DNA from: Mobula hypostoma
Lineage: Eukaryota
Assembly: GCF_963921235.1 (NCBI RefSeq)
Contig: NC_086108.1
Coordinates: 93,870,001 to 93,934,000, forward strand
Length of the DNA stretch: 64,000 nucleotides
Direction of reading: 5' to 3'
Positions 52,249 through 64,000 of this stretch are shown in pieces. Numbering within the stretch: the stretch's first letter is position 1; the number at the start of each line of letters is the position of its first letter. Position numbers and translations under genes: made by a program. A model generated the notes under the pieces. That model was not told where the DNA came from, did not search any database, and was given only the letters and a program-made list of their open reading frames with translations.

Positions 52249-54595
52249 GTATGTGTCACTGAATGAGATATTTACTTTTGGATTTTTATTGTTCTGTTAT
52301 ACTTTTTTTGATGCATTTGAATGTTTTTAATGTGTATTCAACACATTAGATGAAGTCCACTTGGTGCTTTATAGTGCTGAATGCATTGATACGGATAATC
52401 CATGCTGGGTAGTAATGTGCTTTTATGGTAGCTGTGGAATCATTTTATGACTGCTCTTGATGCTTGCAGCTGGTGACAAAGTCAAACTCTCATCGCACTT
52501 TTGCTAACCTCAAGATCAAATTACTCTCTTCAAAGAAAATTGACAAAGGAAACTTCCTTGGCACAAAAATTAGATCTTTCACAACTCAAAGGTACACAGT
52601 GAAAATTCCTTAAGTGTGAAAAGATTAGATAAAGCGTAAATACCACTAACCCCAAATTAGTCATATAGCATTCTGTCTGTCTGAGGCCTCCGTCAGTCAG
52701 AGTTGACCATGGATATTGTGTTCTAGCTGTCTTGATACCCATGCCATACAATATGGAGTACAGTACAATATGGAAAGCAAGCGGTTGCCCGTGTAGCAAG
52801 TTCCCCCTCTCCACACCAATGAACCCAAAGATACGACAGGGACCAATACAGTTTGGTACCAGCAGCTTTGCAGGAATTGCTAGTCAGCATTGAACTCAAT
52901 ATAGGACTCCCTTAGAACTCCAGCTTCTGATTTTTTTTTCCCCTCAAGGTTTACTCTCGAAGCCTTCTCCATAAGTGGGTATAGCTGCAGGGCAGCGGAG
53001 GTTTGAGATCAGAGTTTTCCCTCTAGATGAGATGCCAGCCACAGCTTATGAGCTCCTTCTGCCCAAAGTGACTGGTTTTTAAGGTGCCAGTAACCCACCT
53101 ATACCCCTTCTGTCAGTAGAAATGGTTCTGCTGGGCTTAGTGGTTAAGCCACACGTGGTTGTCAGGGCTGATTTGAGAGCATGGCATTGGGAGCATTTAA
53201 TAGGTAGTGGGAGCCTGTCCCCATTACCACCCCGTCTCTCTCCCCCCCCCCGAGTATAACAACCTTAAGTCGCATGGCGTTAAAGCATTAAGAAATGCAT
53301 AGGTATCTGTTAAGTTAGTTATATTTTTTATCTAGCCTTATTTTATGATGTTGATTAGACAGTACCTCAATGAAATATCACAGGTTTTTCATGATGCTGT
53401 TTTTAAACAATAAATGAATCCAGCTCAAGTGATATTTGAGGATCCTCCCTCACTTGAGAAGCCTATATCATAGAATCAGAAGAGTATAGTGCTGAAGAAG
53501 CCAATTTGATCTAATCAATGAATATTGGTATTTGTGGAAAACAATTAAGTGAACAATATTTAGCTATGCTAAATACTGAGGAAAAACTGTACAAGATCCT
53601 TACAGATAATAGTGGGAATCGAACCCTGATCGGTGATTGCTACTGCTGTAAAGTGATTGTGCTAAATGCTATGATGCTGTATCGTGCAAGTCTTTATTAC
53701 TAAAGCTGATTTGTCTAGATGCAGAGCCTTTACTTAATTGGTGCTTTCAGCCATTTCCTGACAGTTAGCTGGATCTGTTGGAACGGGCTAAAGTATTGTG
53801 TCCTGCGATCTTTGGAGAAAACTGAAATGGGTTATCAGCTGTACCTCCTGAACATGTTTGTGATGCTCCATCCTTGGCCGTGGCACTTGCTCACTGGTCC
53901 TTGTCTTTGAGGAAGATGGAGATATCCTTGGTGGGGGTGGGGGGAGTATTTTCTTCTGTTCATAAGAAAATAGGAGCTGTAGCAGGCCCACTTCAGCTGC
54001 TGAAGCCTGCCTCACTGTTAACATGATCATGGCTGATCTTTGCTGGCCTCAACTCAGATCTGTTTCTAGTCCTGTAATTCAAACCTTTCTCCATACACAG
54101 AAACCATGAAAAAGCAGGTTTTAAATATTCATGGCCCTGCCATTTTGTCTGTAACTCAATTCCTGCATCAATTCAGTATTGCTATCTGCTGCAAATGCAT
54201 ACAGCAGTGCTTTGGAGCTGCCACTAAACCTAGTTCAAGTGTAATTGAATCCTAAATATTTTGTTGCCAAATAATGTAGTTTCTGCTACATTAATAACAA
54301 GGCTAATGCCATTTGAGAACAAATCTACTAAAACAAAGAATACCTGAAAGCAGAAACTATGTCTACTTGAAGAGCTAAATGACTCTTTCTACAGTTCATA
54401 GCTTGACATTTCGCCACTGCCTTGAAATAATGCTAGGATTTATGGTTCTAGTGGGTGGTGAGAGTCTGTTTGCAATGTAGTACTTGTGTCAATTTGATGT
54501 AAAGTGTATTCAGATAAAGTGTATTTACTGTAATCCAGGATATTAAGACTGAAGGAACTAAGGTTCTGATAGTTTTGCAGTGCTTTACCTTAGAA

Positions 54596-55700
54596 CAGCG
54601 GTCCCCAACCACCGGGCCGCAAAGCATGTGCTACTGGGCCGCGAGGAAATCATATGATTTGGCGTTATGAGTCAGCTTCATTCCCTGTCACGGGCGGCAC
54701 CTTTCCTCATTCCCTGTCACGCCCACTGTTGAGCTTGAACGCACGCGAGGTCATTACCTGCGCATCGTCCATGTCAGCGCAGGGAGATCAACTCCTCGAG
54801 CTTGCAAATAACGGCGGGCTGAGAAGTATGTTTGACATAACATCTCTGCCGGTATTCTGGATCAAAGTCAAGGCTACATATCCTGAGATAGCCATGAAAG
54901 CACTGAAAATGTTGCTTCCATTTCCAACATTTTTCTGCAAAGCGGAGTTTTCTGCAATGAATGCAACAAAAACTAAATTGCGGAATAGACTGGACATAAG
55001 GAACCCCGTTCGAATATCTCTGTCTCCCATCACCCCTCGATAGGACCGTCTCCTTGCAGGGAAACAAGCCCAGGGCTCCCACTGATTCAGCGATATTGGT
55101 GTGTTGCAATGATTTTATATGTTCATGTGGGGAAAATATGTGCTGTGCGTTTAATATCCAAACGTTACTTAAAATGTTATGATATTGACTTACTTATAAC
55201 AATTACATCACGGAAACAGGCCATCTTGGCCCTTCTAGTCCGTGCCGAACACTACTCTCACCTAGTCCCACCAACCTGCCATCAGCCCATAACCCTCCAT
55301 TACTTTCCTGTCCATATGCCTATCCAATTTTTCTTTAAATGATGATATCGAACCTGCTTCTGCCACTTCTACTGGAAGTTCGTTCAACATGTACTTCAAG
55401 CTCCCCTGCCCTCCCCTGATAATTGACATCACTATATTCATGTGAGGAAAACGTGCGCTGTGTGTTTAATATTAAATTCGTTAGATAAACCCTTTTAGAA
55501 ACAAAATTGAGTGTATAAGCTGCTTATCACTTGTATTCCGGGTGTAATTAACAACCCTTCCCCCCCCCCCCCAGAACAGAATCGCCAAAAACGATTTGCA
55601 GGAAAAAAAAATCGGCAGGTACACGCATGGGCAGGTCACGTATGCGCACTGGTGCCCGCGCAAGGCTTCATGGCCATTGTGGTCTTTCTCTGGGTAAACA
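54596..55700 (+). mobile_element. Second copy of the Charlie/Buster-type hAT, GCLM intron 4
   Basis: CAGCGGTCCCCAACC start; same transposase C-terminal fragment; 3' end truncated; CR1-tail-like insert inside. Confidence 0.8.
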
Positions 55701-56468
55701 CAATTTTGTTTCACCAATCAGGGTTGTTAGCCTGAGTCTGGATGACCAGTGAACCACATAGTCTGGCCTCCAGCCAACACAACTGTCCGGGTCATTCAGG
55801 CACACAAGCCTCCAAACCACAACTAAGTTGTGGTCCTCTTGGAGAAGGTATTGAAGGTGATTGTGATTAAATGTGTTGGTATTTTAGCCAAATATGAGTA
55901 TATGGACTAAATGGCTCCGATTGTGTTTTATTTGCCTGGTTATGTATGTCATCATTTGTTAGAGAACATTTATGAGCTCCTGACAACATCGAGACAATCA
56001 ATATCCATACTTTTATATTGAAACTATTTTACTTTGTGTTATATATGACTGTGTTATTAGTGAGTAATCTTTGCACACTGACAAAGGCACCAGCCATTTA
56101 ATATAGCATCTGGAAAAAATAGCTTGTTTATAATGTTTCAAATCCACTATAAATGTTAAATTTGATCAGTTTTGTCATTTGTATGTAAGCAATATTAGTT
56201 CTACGATGCCTGCAGTACTATATTTGGTTAGTCATTTCTGGACTGCTTGCTAAATGTCTTGCTAGTTAATATCTACACATTGTCAAACGTGGAACATTAA
56301 ATCACTCCTTCTTCCCCCATATTCCTTCCCACCCCCACTGACTACTACCATCTTAAACCCATTTACATGGTAAGCTTCCTCTTGAAGTCCAGTAGTTTTC
56401 CACCAATATTGTTTACTGTCATGTTATCCTGTTGTTTACTGTATAACTGCATTGTTTAAAAGATTATA

Positions 56469-57879
56469 CAGTGGATTTGGTTAATGGGCCATTGGTTAAT
56501 CAGGACAGTCACTTATTTGGGACAACTCTTAAGGAGCAAAAACTAATTGAGTAAAGAGCCAGATTTCCCTTCATTAAGCTGGATACTGTACTGCTTAATT
56601 GAGGCAGGAGACTGTTCCTGGATAGTTTCTAACTAGCATCAGACACGTGTACTTATGTGACTGTTGGATACTAAATCATGCTTAGAGCGGAGGATCTCCC
56701 AGTGGCCACACATTTTAATTCCACGTCCCATTCCCATTCTGACATGTCTATCCACGGCCGCCTCTACTGTCAAGATGAAGCCACTCTCAGGTTGGAGGAA
56801 CAACACCTTATATTCCGTCTGGGTAACCTCCAACCAGATGGCATGAATATTGACTTTAACTTCCGTTAATGCTCCTCCTCCCCTTCATACCCCATCCCTT
56901 ATTTATTTATTTTATATATTTTTTATTTTTTCCCCCTTTTTTCTCTCTCTGTCCCTCTCACTATAACTCCTTGCCTGCTCTCCACCCTCCAGGCTCCCCT
57001 CCCCCCTTTCTCCCCAGGCTTCCCGTCCCATGATACTCCCTTCTCCAGCTCTTAGATCCACCCCTCCACTCCTGTCTTTCCTATCATTTCAGATCTCCCC
57101 CTCCCCCTCCCACTTTCAAATCTCTTATTATCTCTTCTTTCAGTTAGTCCTGACGAAGGGTCTTGGCCCAAAATGTTGACTGTACCTCTTCCTATAGATG
57201 CTGCCTGGTCTGCTGCGTTCACCAGCACTTTTTGTGTGTGTGTTGCTTGAATTTCCAGCATCTGCAGATTTCCTAGTGTCTGAGTTTTTAAATGGTATTA
57301 GTTGCATGTGTTTGTGTGCAAAAAGCAGAGATCTTTGTCACTGATATTCGGCAAGAAATAAGCGGTAAGACAATACAGTACTGCTTTGCTCACTGTGGTT
57401 TCAAGCATTCAGGCTTGGAGATGCCAGATGGCCAGGAGTGAAAACTAAACAATTTCACTACTGGAAGTTGGGAGCTACAAAGAATTTGAAGGTTACAATG
57501 AAAATGAAGATTTGGAGGATGCAGTCATCAATTGCATTGTTTGAAATAATCCATTATCTAAACCAGGTGCCTGTGCTGATTTTGCTTATTTATGGTAAAT
57601 CAAAAGAACATGGCAGTGTGCAGGTACACTGGGTGAATTCCTCCATTAACAATTAGGAACTAATTCAGTTTATAGTATTGTAGTAGAATTGATAGTGTTC
57701 TAATTTGTTCTCTATTTAAATACATAATTTGTTACTCAGTTAAATGGTAACTTGCCTTTTTTATATCTTTTTAACTACTTCCATATTTTAACAACTTTAA
57801 CTTCAGCGAATTGAGGCAGCCACTTAATTGGGCCAAAACATACTGGTCCCGATGTGTCCCAATGAACTGGTTTCCACTG
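56469..57879. mobile_element. Tigger/pogo-like non-autonomous element ending 44 bp before GCLM exon 5
   Basis: TA-CAGTGGA...TCCACTG-TA termini; split by the Penelope fragment. Confidence 0.6.
56688..57280 (+). mobile_element. Penelope-like 3' fragment in GCLM intron 4
   Basis: DLPVATHFNSTSHSHSDM...QPDGMNIDF plus 3' repeat with a mutated hammerhead; nested in a Tigger-like element. Confidence 0.88.
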
Positions 57880-57923
57880 TATTAGCGGACCAAAATCTAA
57901 TCTGAATGTTGTATTTATTGCAG

Positions 57924-58126
57924 CTTGTTCAGCGCTTGCAGTATCACAGCTGGACTCCGTGATACTAGCTCCTCCTCCTCTCACAGATGGAGCTTGTCTT
58001 TCCCTCGCACACCTGAAACCCTATTGGGAAGAGCTGGAAACTCTGGTTCGAAGTCAAAGCATTGCAGCAATTGGTACCTCTGATCTGGATAAAGGGCTTT
58101 TAGAGCAACTCTATCAATGGGCTCAG
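57924..58126 (+). CDS. GCLM: GCLM coding exon 5 (ACSALAVSQLDSVILAPPP...PYWEELETLV...IGTSDLDKGLLEQLYQWAQ)
   Basis: TTGCAG acceptor, CAG|GTAG donor; high identity to the GCLM aldo-keto-reductase-like core; 203 nt. Confidence 0.97.
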
Positions 58127-58304
58127 GTAGCTGGATTGTGTAATTCTTTGATGTAGATTTAGGAAGGCTTTAAGATTTGCTTTTTAAAATGTATCCTTTG
58201 TTGTTTTTTTTTGGAAAATGCTGTACTCAGTTCATTTTAATTAATGCTAATATTGGAGCAAAGTGGTGGACCAGGATCCATTAAAATGCTAGTCCTAAAT
58301 CTGA

Positions 58305-58580
58305 CGCGATTCAGTGGCAGAGCTAAGAGCTGCTTCCTCACAGCTCCAGTGATCCATCTTCAATCCTGGTTTCCAGTGTTTTGTGTAAATTGTACATTCT
58401 GTGCATGAGCATGGGTTTCTTCTGGGTATGATTGCTTCCTCCTGCATCCTAAAGTTTGGAAGGTTGGTAGATTAATTGTTATCTCTAAATTGTCCCTCAT
58501 GTAGATGAGTGGGGGGGGGCGGGGAGCTTGATGGTCAGCACAGATTTGTGGGGATGAAGGGCCTATTTCTGAGCTCTATG
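58305..58580 (+). mobile_element. Degenerate V-SINE-like element in GCLM intron 5
   Basis: GCTGCTTCCTCACAGCTCCAG head and GGGTTTC...CTTCCTCC...CATCCTAAAG core. Confidence 0.55.
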
Positions 58581-59044
58581 GCATTGTCCCTAAAGTATGT
58601 TATTGCATGATGTTGGCTTGCCTCAATGCGTCCTGTCTGATCTCGACTAGAATGCTCTTTGATGAGTTGGATTTAAACTCGTGCTACTCAGCAGGAAAAA
58701 AAGCTTGCCATAGTTTTTGAAATTGTAATGATGTAATACCTTGCTCTTAAAAAGATTGATTGGCGGGCATAGACGTAGTGGTCACTCCTATCAAGGAATG
58801 ATTTTTTGAAAGAGACATTTTTAAGAGGATTTCTATAAGTGATTTTGCTAATAGTTTGGGTGAAGGGGAGCAAAATCGAGAGAGGGTTAGGTTCTTTTTG
58901 TAGTTTGATTTGAAATTATCAACACATGAACTCAGAATATTTTGCCACACTAATATTTCAAAATACATGTGTGTTTGTACCTTGTATTTGCATTGCCTGT
59001 AACCTATCACTTTCTTCCTCCCCTTCGCCCCCCCCATGACCTAG

Positions 59045-59159
59045 GTAAAACCTAGCAGCAACCAGGTAAATTTAGCCTCCTGTTGTGTGATGCCGCCAGA
59101 GCTTACTGCCTTTGCTAAAGAATATGACATACAGTTACTGACCCACAGTGACCCCAAAG
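59045..59159 (+). CDS. GCLM: GCLM coding exon 6 (VKPSSNQVNLASCCVMPPELTAFAKEYDIQLLTHSDPK)
   Basis: CTAG acceptor, AAG|GTGAG donor; near-identical to the conserved NQVNLASCCVMPP motif; 115 nt. Confidence 0.97.
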
Positions 59160-59974
59160 GTGAGACTGCGTCTATAATTGTCTATACGTCAGAAGTGCAG
59201 ACTCTTAATGAGGTTGATCTTTGAGATGGAGTCAGTTTGGAGGTTGCTTTTGGAGGTGAGCAGGAGTTCTGGTTCCTTTCTCCCACCTCAACCCATTACC
59301 TTTTGTCCTGTCCTAATGCTGCAAGCATGTAAATTTCTATTTCCCTAAGCCTTGGCCAAACCAAATCATTCTCATGAGAGACAATCAAGTGAATCTCAAG
59401 GTACCATTAAACCATTGGGAACAGCATGAGTGACTCCCACATGGATGTGCAAATCCTGTGCAAGATTTCTTTGGTCATTGGTGCTTTGTATAAATTTGTT
59501 GTTTTATAAGCACCATATTAAGCTGCTTGTTATAGCCATTTGGGCTTCAAGATCCAATGGTAATAAGCAAAACCAAGCAGTTGGACATCTGGCCAACACT
59601 GAAACCTGAGCTAAACTACCAAAAATAACCCTGAACTACTTGATCCAGTAATATATCTCATTTACTGTGCACAGAAATAGCAAGCTCCCCACCACCGTCT
59701 TAAAGGCAATAACGGATGGATAATATAAATCCAGGCCTTACCAGTGATGCATGCAAATTAACTTGAAATACTGTAATGTGTAAAGGTGTAATGGTAAAAT
59801 CAATGACCATTATGTCTTTGTACATAGTATTTTAAATTAATTTGCAAGTGAAGCAGTTTAGTTTTTAACTAATTAAGTTCTTGTAATGCCATCAATTTAT
59901 TCTCTAAAGCATACTTTGTACATTGGAAAATTTAAATGATTTTACACTAATTACATTATTTCTTTTCCTTCAAG

Positions 59975-60144
59975 AATTGATCCCCATGTTAAGTTTTCAA
60001 GAGGCTGTCGTTGCCAGCATGCAAGACAAATTGGCGTATGAATGGGTAACTAAGTGGGTACTGCGTTATTCAGTAATTGTTAAAAGCAGAGGAATTATTA
60101 AATCAAAGGGCTACTTTGTATATGCTAAAAGAATACATTATTAA
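59975..60144 (+). CDS. GCLM: GCLM coding exon 7 to stop (ELIPMLSFQEA...WVLRYSVIVKSRGIIKSKGYFVYAKRIHY*)
   Basis: TCTTTTCCTTCAAG acceptor; C-terminal RYSVIVKSRGIIKSKGY motif; TAA at 60142-60144; summed CDS 831 nt = 276 aa. Confidence 0.96.
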
Positions 60145-61780
60145 CATCTTTGACAAACCAGTTAGTTGGAATAGCACTTTTATGAACCAATTTATGCATG
60201 ATATGCAGAGGAAGAATTTTTAGAAGCTGCACTACTGACCAAATGCCTTTTGATCCTTGATCTATTACTGGGTCCAAGATAATTTTTTTTTAAGTGGGGG
60301 GGGTGGTCTGAAAGGAATGGATTGCAAAACCAGTTTGTTTTGCATATTTTGTTTTTTTTAAACCAACTAATTTAGTTGGCAATTCTGTTAAAATCGTTTG
60401 CCTTTCAAAACGCTTTTTGGTTTAAATCTATGTGAAGAATGTATTTCATGTGGTTCATGTATTTTTTTTCTTGGAACAAGTCTAATGAGCATTTCAAAAA
60501 ATAATAACAGAACACAAGAAAATCTTCAGGTAGATGCTTATTTATGGTACACAGGCTATTTGGTCTGGCCTCTGTTTGAACCTTTGTTCAAAATAAATTG
60601 ATTAATAGTTAAGATATTGCTAACTTATGCAATTAAACATTTTCATTGTTCTTTTAATTTGATTTTCCAAGAACAGAACTTGCGCTACACTATTAACATG
60701 TAATGAAGTTTAGGGTTATGGCATATACGGCAGTAATGTTTCAGAAAATATTGTATTGATGGTTTATTGTTGATTTATAACCACAAAGCCTTGAAGTGGA
60801 GTTCATTAGAATGGAGTGAAATATCTTAAATTCTCTCCACACGTCTGTCTCAAATTCTCCACTAACTTCAGATTAGTTAATAAAAGGATGTGTTTCAATG
60901 TGTGAATTCCATTGGTAAGCAGAAGTTAGACAACTGGACCCTGGTGTTGCCTGGAAAAGGCATACAGAATAACAAGCCAGACTCACCTGCAATTTTTTTT
61001 TTCTTTTGCAAATCACTGACTTTTATTTTGATGATGCCTCATAACTTCTTTGTTTAACTTTAAAATTAAGACAATTTCTTTCTTGTGCAAGAACAAGGCC
61101 ATCACAAAATTGTATTTACTGGCATGCAGCATCACTGTTCTGTGATGTTATCATTTGTTGGCAAGCTCTGTGTCCACGTTGACCATGACGCAGTGATTTA
61201 GAGGCAGGTTTGTCATAATGTAGGTTATATTGAGTGGAACAGAGTGAACTGGCAGTGGATTTGCTATGGGCTCTTTTCATTGTGTCAAGTTCAGTGGTGT
61301 TGTCCACCAATAATTGGTGAAATAGGTAATAGTTTAAAATGTTCTTGCCATTCTGCATGCATGATTGCATCATGTAAACCACTGGTTTTTGTGGGCAAGG
61401 ACTTTTTAAAGGAAAGGCCAAGTTCAAATATGATTTAACCGCAAGTGCTGGTTTCAATCTACATGGCTCATCTACTCACTGCCCTTAAATCTTGACGACA
61501 AATCATGAGGATGCACATTGCAGCATTATCCTTGCATTGATTGAACTTGTAATTCGGGGCTACTTTGGCCTTAACTTCTAGTTTTAAAACCAGCAATCAG
61601 TTTTGTGCTTAACATTTTAGGCTGAAGTACTTTACAGGATTGAATGTACAGTAGTTCCAATGAAATAGTAAATATTTGGAAATAGTGAATCTATGAAAAT
61701 GTTATATTTTGTTTACTTGGCCATGTAATGCATTTTAAGTGATTTGCACATTAAAAGTGTGATTGAAATATTTCGCTGAT
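60145..61780 (+). other. GCLM: Probable GCLM 3' UTR with candidate poly(A) signals
   Basis: AT-rich stretch with no recognisable repeats; AATAAA near 60592 and 60879; ATTAAA 61750-61755 followed by a U-rich tract. Confidence 0.55.
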
Positions 61781-62519
61781 TTTTCTCTTTATTCTACATG
61801 CCTCTCTGTTACTTGCTGCTTGTGATAATGTCTCTTAGGCATTACTCTTTTTTAAAGTCCATTCCATGGTGACACAAAAGTCATTAGATCATTGAGTTGC
61901 AGATCCAAGGCTTCAGTGGTTTCAAAGATTCAAAATACATTTATTATCAAAGTATTTATAAATTATACAACTTTGAGATTTGGTTGCTTATAGGCAGCCA
62001 CAAAGCAAGATGCCTGAAAGATCCCAATTTAAAAAAAAAGACCAACACCCAATCTGCAGAGAAAGAGGAGAAAAAACACATGCAAACAATAGAAGCAAGC
62101 AACAACATTCCAAACCAAAGTGTTTCGATCCCGAATCCCCGGAGCAGCCAGAGTGGCCCAAATTCTTGGTCTCAGTTCATCATGTAGTAGGGCAAATCCC
62201 CATGAAGCTTGCAGACAAGAAGTGTGTAACAGTGGGAGCAGTCTCACAGCCTTAGCCCTGTGGAGAAAGGAGAACATTTCAGGAGAGTGACTGAAATCTG
62301 TGTTTAACTTGATATGAAAATATGAAAAACCAAATTGCCTTGTGCATTTCTTCATTATTGAAGAAGTATATGCAACATATAATTTCAACTTGTTCTCATT
62401 ACAATAATTTTATTTAAAGCTCTTGCACTTCAAAGTTTAACACGGGAGCTGGTGACTCTTGCTTTATTATGATAGAATTAATAGGTAAATGTAACTCTGG
62501 AGCAGGGGTTCCCAACCTG

Positions 62520-63625
62520 GGTCCATTCATTCCATTGAGTCTGCTCCACCATTCCATTATCCCATGCAACCCCATACACCTGCCTTCTCGCCATATCCTT
62601 TGATTCCCTGACCAATCAGGAAATGATAAACTTCCACCTTAGATATACCCATGGACATGGCCTCCATCACAGTCTGTGGCAGAGCCTTCCACAGATTCAC
62701 TACTCTGGCCAAAAAAAAATTACTCCATACCTCTTTTCTCAAAAAGTCACCCTACAATTTTGAGGCTGTGCCTTCTCGTTCTGGATACCCTACCGTAGGA
62801 AATATCCTCTCAACATCCACCCTATCTAGTCCTTTCCAAATTGGGTAGGTTTCAATGAGATCCCCACACATTCTTCTAAACTCCAATGAGTACAGGCCCA
62901 AAGCTGCTAAATGCTCCTCGTATGTTAACCCTTTCATTCCTGGAATCACCCTCGTGAACCTCCCGGACTCTCCAATGGCATACATTCTTTCTGAGATATG
63001 GGGCCCAAAACTGTTGACAATACTCCAAGTATGGCCTGACTAGTGTTATAAAGACTCAGCATTATGTCCTTGCTTTTATATTCTATTCCCCTTGAAATTA
63101 ATGCCAACATTGCATTTGCCTTCTTTACCACACTCAACTTGTAAATTAACCATCCGGGACTCTTGCACAAAGACTCCTAAGTCCCTCTGCACCACCTCTG
63201 ATGTTTGAACCTTCTCCCCATTTGGATAATAGTCCACACTATTGTTTTTTTTTACCAAAATGCATTATCATACATTTCCCAACACTGTTCCATCTGCCAG
63301 TTTTTTGCCCATTCTTCCAATTTATCTTAAGAAGAAGAAGAATAGCCCTTAACGCGGCAGTGGAGTTATCGGGGCACTGTCATGACGGTGTTTCCGTAGC
63401 AAGCTATTCTTGTTTTTACAAGGCCGAGTTGCTAGCTTGATGCTCAACCTGACTTGGATTCGAACTCGGGAACCTTTGCTCCGGAGTCCGGCGCTGATAT
63501 TATTGGGCCACCGAGCGGGACAATTTGTCTTAAGTCCCGCTGCAATTGCATTGCTTCCTCAGCACTACCTACCTCTCCACCTATCTTCGTATCATCCATG
63601 GACTCTAGGGAATAATGACCATAAT
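62520..63625 (-). mobile_element. CR1 LINE fragment interrupted by a SINE
   Basis: GLYSLEFRRMCGDLIE and RVVNLWKALP motifs. Confidence 0.82.
63332..63520 (-). mobile_element. tRNA-derived SINE
   Basis: A-box-like GGTGGCCCAATAA, B box GTTCGAATCC, (TTC)n tail; 14-bp TSD CAATTT[A/G]TCTTAAG. Confidence 0.8.
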
Positions 63626-64000
63626 CCAGTACATCATTAATTCTGGAAGTAATATTAAGTCACACAACAGTAGAGCCTTAAAAGTCAACATGCATGTGGG
63701 GGAAATTGGCTTTGACTTTAAAATATATAACTGGATAAATGGTGCAACAGTTAAAGAATTATTTAATCTCAAAAACATCGATTCTGTTCAGAAACAAGAT
63801 GAGTAATCCAATAGAGGCTTACTGAAGTTCGAGGATATGTAACATAGTAAAGGTTTCAAAGAATAATAGTAGTCTTGAGGATTGGGAGAATTTTTGAAAA
63901 TAGCAAAGAATAACTAACAAAAATTGCTGGAGGAACTCAGCAGATCAGGGTGGTGGGATTTGATGCTTTTGCTGGAGCAAGTGGGGGAAGATGAGGGTTG

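Overview
Repeat-rich vertebrate genomic DNA. The mix of CR1, Rex1/Babar-type LINEs, V-SINE-like fragments and abundant Penelope-like elements suggests a cartilaginous fish, probably a ray; this is inference. The one complete gene is GCLM (glutamate-cysteine ligase modifier subunit): + strand, 7 coding exons, 41915-60144, 276 aa, all introns GT-AG, with a CpG-rich promoter carrying GC boxes, an inverted CCAAT and an ARE-like motif. About 15.7 kb upstream, a CpG-rich divergent first exon (MSRVSFFE|GT, - strand) probably starts a TECR-like gene whose later exons were not found in the window. An orphan 59-codon MTHFD1-like fragment lies at 24255-24431. The rest is mostly transposon debris: a degenerate Gypsy provirus, solo LTRs, hAT/Tc1/Tigger-type DNA elements, LINEs and SINEs. 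The most striking non-genic signal is a Penelope-like (RT + GIY-YIG) family whose 3' repeat carries a minimal type-I hammerhead ribozyme. It has left about a dozen ribozyme copies, including tiny 90-190 bp TSD-flanked insertions. One is a 61-bp fold-back stem capped by an intact hammerhead core, about 0.7 kb upstream of the GCLM start codon. All coordinates were read by eye; repeat family names come from motif recognition, not database searches.
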